NCBI RefSeq assembly: GCF_009914755.1
Contig: NC_060947.1
DNA: 64,000 bases
Direction: 5' to 3' (one strand)
DNA from: the human T2T-CHM13v2.0 reference genome, Homo sapiens
Shown here: positions 61,384-64,000 of the stretch, piece by piece
Layout: every line of letters starts with the position of its first letter
Numbering within the stretch: position 1 is the stretch's first letter
Translations under genes and position numbers: made by a program
The notes under the pieces: generated by a model
Seen by the model: the letters and a program-made list of their open reading frames with translations, nothing else
Told to the model about the DNA's origin: nothing
Database searches by the model: none

Positions 61384-63579
61384 AAGAAGACACGTTGAAA
61401 TGATGCAGGCTGCTCCTATGTTGGAAATTTGTTCATTAAAATTCTCCCAATAAAGCTTTACAGCCTTCTGCAAAGAAGTCTTGCGCATCTTTTGTGAAGT
61501 TCATTTCTAGCTTTTTGATGCTGTGAAATATGTATCATTCTTTGAAATCGTGTATTGTAACTCTCTGAGCTGGTATGTAGAGACATCGTTCTTTTTTTTT
61601 TCTTTCTTTCTTTGTCCTCTTTTGAGACGGAGTCTTGCTCTGTCGCCCAGGCTGGAGTGCAGTGGCACGATCTCTGCTCACTGCAACCCCGCCTCCCGGA
61701 TTCAAGCAATTGTCTGCCTCAGCCTCCCGAGTAGCTGGGATTATAGGCACCCACCAGCACGCCTGGCTAAGTTTTGTGTTTTTACTAGAGATGGGCTTTC
61801 GCCATCTTGGCCGGGGTGCTCTTGAACTCCTGACCTCGTGATTCACCTGCCTTGGCCTCCCAAAGTGCTGGGATTACAGGCATGAGCCTCCGTGCCCGGT
61901 GGAGACATAATTCTTACATATTGGTTTTCTATCCAGCGGCCTTGTGAAATATGCTTGTGAATTCTAAAGTTTACTTCTAGGTCGTTTTCAGTCTTCAATA
62001 TACAGAAACATATCATCCTGGAATAAGAGCAGTTTTGTTTCCGCCATATTTTTTTCTTTTCCCTTTTGTATTTTTTTGTAGAGACGGGGTTTTGCCATGT
62101 TTCCCGGGCTGTTGTTGAACTTTTGAGTGCAAGTGATGCACCCACCTCACCTCCCACAGTGCTGGGATTACTGGCGTGGGCCACCGTGGCGGGCCCGTCG
62201 TTGCCATTGTAAAGAGTTTTATTTCCTTTTCTGATTTTATGGCATTGCGCAGACCCACCCGTTACAATGGTGACAGTGGACATCCTTGTCTTATCCCTGA
62301 TGAGAAACCGAAAAATTTCAACATTTCACCATCCTATTCACTCTCCTTTTTTTGTAGACGGACTTTATCAGAGTGAGTCATTGCATTCTGTTCCAAATTT
62401 GCTGAGAGTATTCATTTGAATATATGTTGATTTTCATCAAACAGTGCATCTATTTCGATTACCACAGCGTTTTTTCCCATTCATGTGTTAATATAGTGAA
62501 TTCGATTGATAAATTTGTACGTTTTTAGGTTCGATTATTAAAACTTGAGACAGCGTCTCACTCTGTCACCGAGGCTGGAGTGCGGTGGTGTTATCAGAGC
62601 TCGCTGCAGCCTTGACCTCCTGGGCTCAAGGGCGCCTCCCACCTCAGCCTCCTGAGGAGCTGTGAGTATAGGTACATGCCACCATGCCCAGCTAATTTTT
62701 CGATGGTTTTTTTGTTTGTTTTTTGTAGTGATGAGATTTTCTGATGTTGCTTAGGCTGGTCTCGAAGTCCTGAGCTCAGGTGATCTGGCCAGCTCAGCCT
62801 CCCAAAATACTAGGATTACAGGCGTGAGCCTTGGCCTGGTCTGGTTTTTCTTATATAGGGGTCTTATCTATATAAAGACTAAAGTTAATCTGTGCCTTTG
62901 TGCGGGTGGGCTAAGAGCATGATGACTTTTATCATTCTATTGATTTAAAGAAAACTGTCCTTGACTTACCAGTGTGTAAGTCCATGAAAGCATAATTCTG
63001 TTGAAAGCATATATTGTTAATGGGTGTTGGGAACCGTGCACTTTCCGCTGCTGTGGGAGCATGTCCTTGGAGGTACCTTTCATCTGTTTTCTCAACTCCA
63101 AACATCTTCGGACCATGGGTTGTGACTGGTAGGACTATGTATCTTGCTGCTTTCAAGACGGAGTATATTTTCACGTGGTGTCACTCTGGCTGTCCTGTTT
63201 CCCTAATACTGTCACTTCACCCTCTGCGATTCTGATGCTACAAATGATAGATATCGTTTTAGCATTTTCTTACGGGTCCTAGCGATTCTATTCATTTTTC
63301 TTTCAGTCTCTTTCTCTGACTTGTTCACATTGAACAATTTCCTTTTGGGATAGGTTGCTATTTCTGTTTTCGCAGGTGGTTTACCTGTCTTCCCAGCCAG
63401 TCACAGTGGTCCTTGTCCCCATGGTGGGTCCGGGGCAAGAGAGGGCCCTGGGTTGGGGGTGGGGTTCAGTTGAAGATGGGGTGAGTTTTGAGGGGAGCAC
63501 TACTTGAGTCCCAGAGGCATAGGAAACAGCAGAGGGAGGTGGGATTCCCTTATCCTCAATGAGGATGGGCATGGAGGGT

Positions 63580-64000
63580 TTGGGGCGTGGCGCTGGGAAC
63601 GGCAGCCCTCCCCAGCCCACAGCCGCGCATGCTCCCTGGGCTCCCGCCTCAGTGCGCATGTTCACTGGGCGTCTTCTGCCCGGCCCCTTCGCCCACGTGA
63701 AGAACGCCAGGGAGCTGTGAGGCAGTGCTGTGTGGTTCCTGCCGTCCGGACTCTTTTTCCTCTACTGAGATTCATCTGGTAGGTGTGCAGGCCAGTCATC
63801 CCGGGGGCTGAAGTGTGAGTGAGGGTGGAGAGGGCCTCGGGTGGGTCAGGCGGGTCCCGCTTCCTGGTCTGTGGCCTCCGAGGGAGAAGGGCCACGAGGT
63901 CGTCCTCCTTCCCTTCACAGGCTGCGAGGCCACCGGCGGCTTCGTGGTCGTGAAGGGGCCTGGACGGGGAGGAAGGTGGGCCGTGGAGGGGAGGCGGTCA
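63580..64000 (+). other. GAGE: Promoter, non-coding exon 1 (donor after 63778) and start of intron 1 of an eighth GAGE copy (H), truncated by the window end
   Basis: Sequence matches ~6465-6887 of the first unit. Confidence 0.88.

Overview
Primate (human-like) genomic DNA lying entirely inside a head-to-tail tandem array of ~9.5-kb units, each carrying one + strand, 5-exon GAGE cancer/testis antigen gene. This matches the known human Xp11.23 GAGE cluster. The window holds exons 4-5 of one copy (A), six complete copies (B-G) and the promoter/exon 1 of an eighth (H). Copies B-F encode 117-aa YYWPRPRRY-type proteins (GAGE12/5/6-like) and copy G encodes a 116-aa YRPRPRRY-type protein (GAGE2/8-like). 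Each unit also carries a CpG-island promoter, several Alus, old L1M fragments, microsatellites and a 550-bp young L1 with target-site duplication that interrupts the Alu-derived GAGE1-type exon 4'. Most ORFs in the supplied track are repeat-derived or chance frames. I see no wholly new gene system. The most interesting sequence-level signals are: (1) an exon1/exon2 hairpin covering the AUG, whose antisense reading gives MNLSRGK, the N-terminus I recall for 'GAGE3'; (2) a degenerate ancient duplication flanking exon 1 with two cryptic exons; (3) gene-conversion mosaicism between copies.
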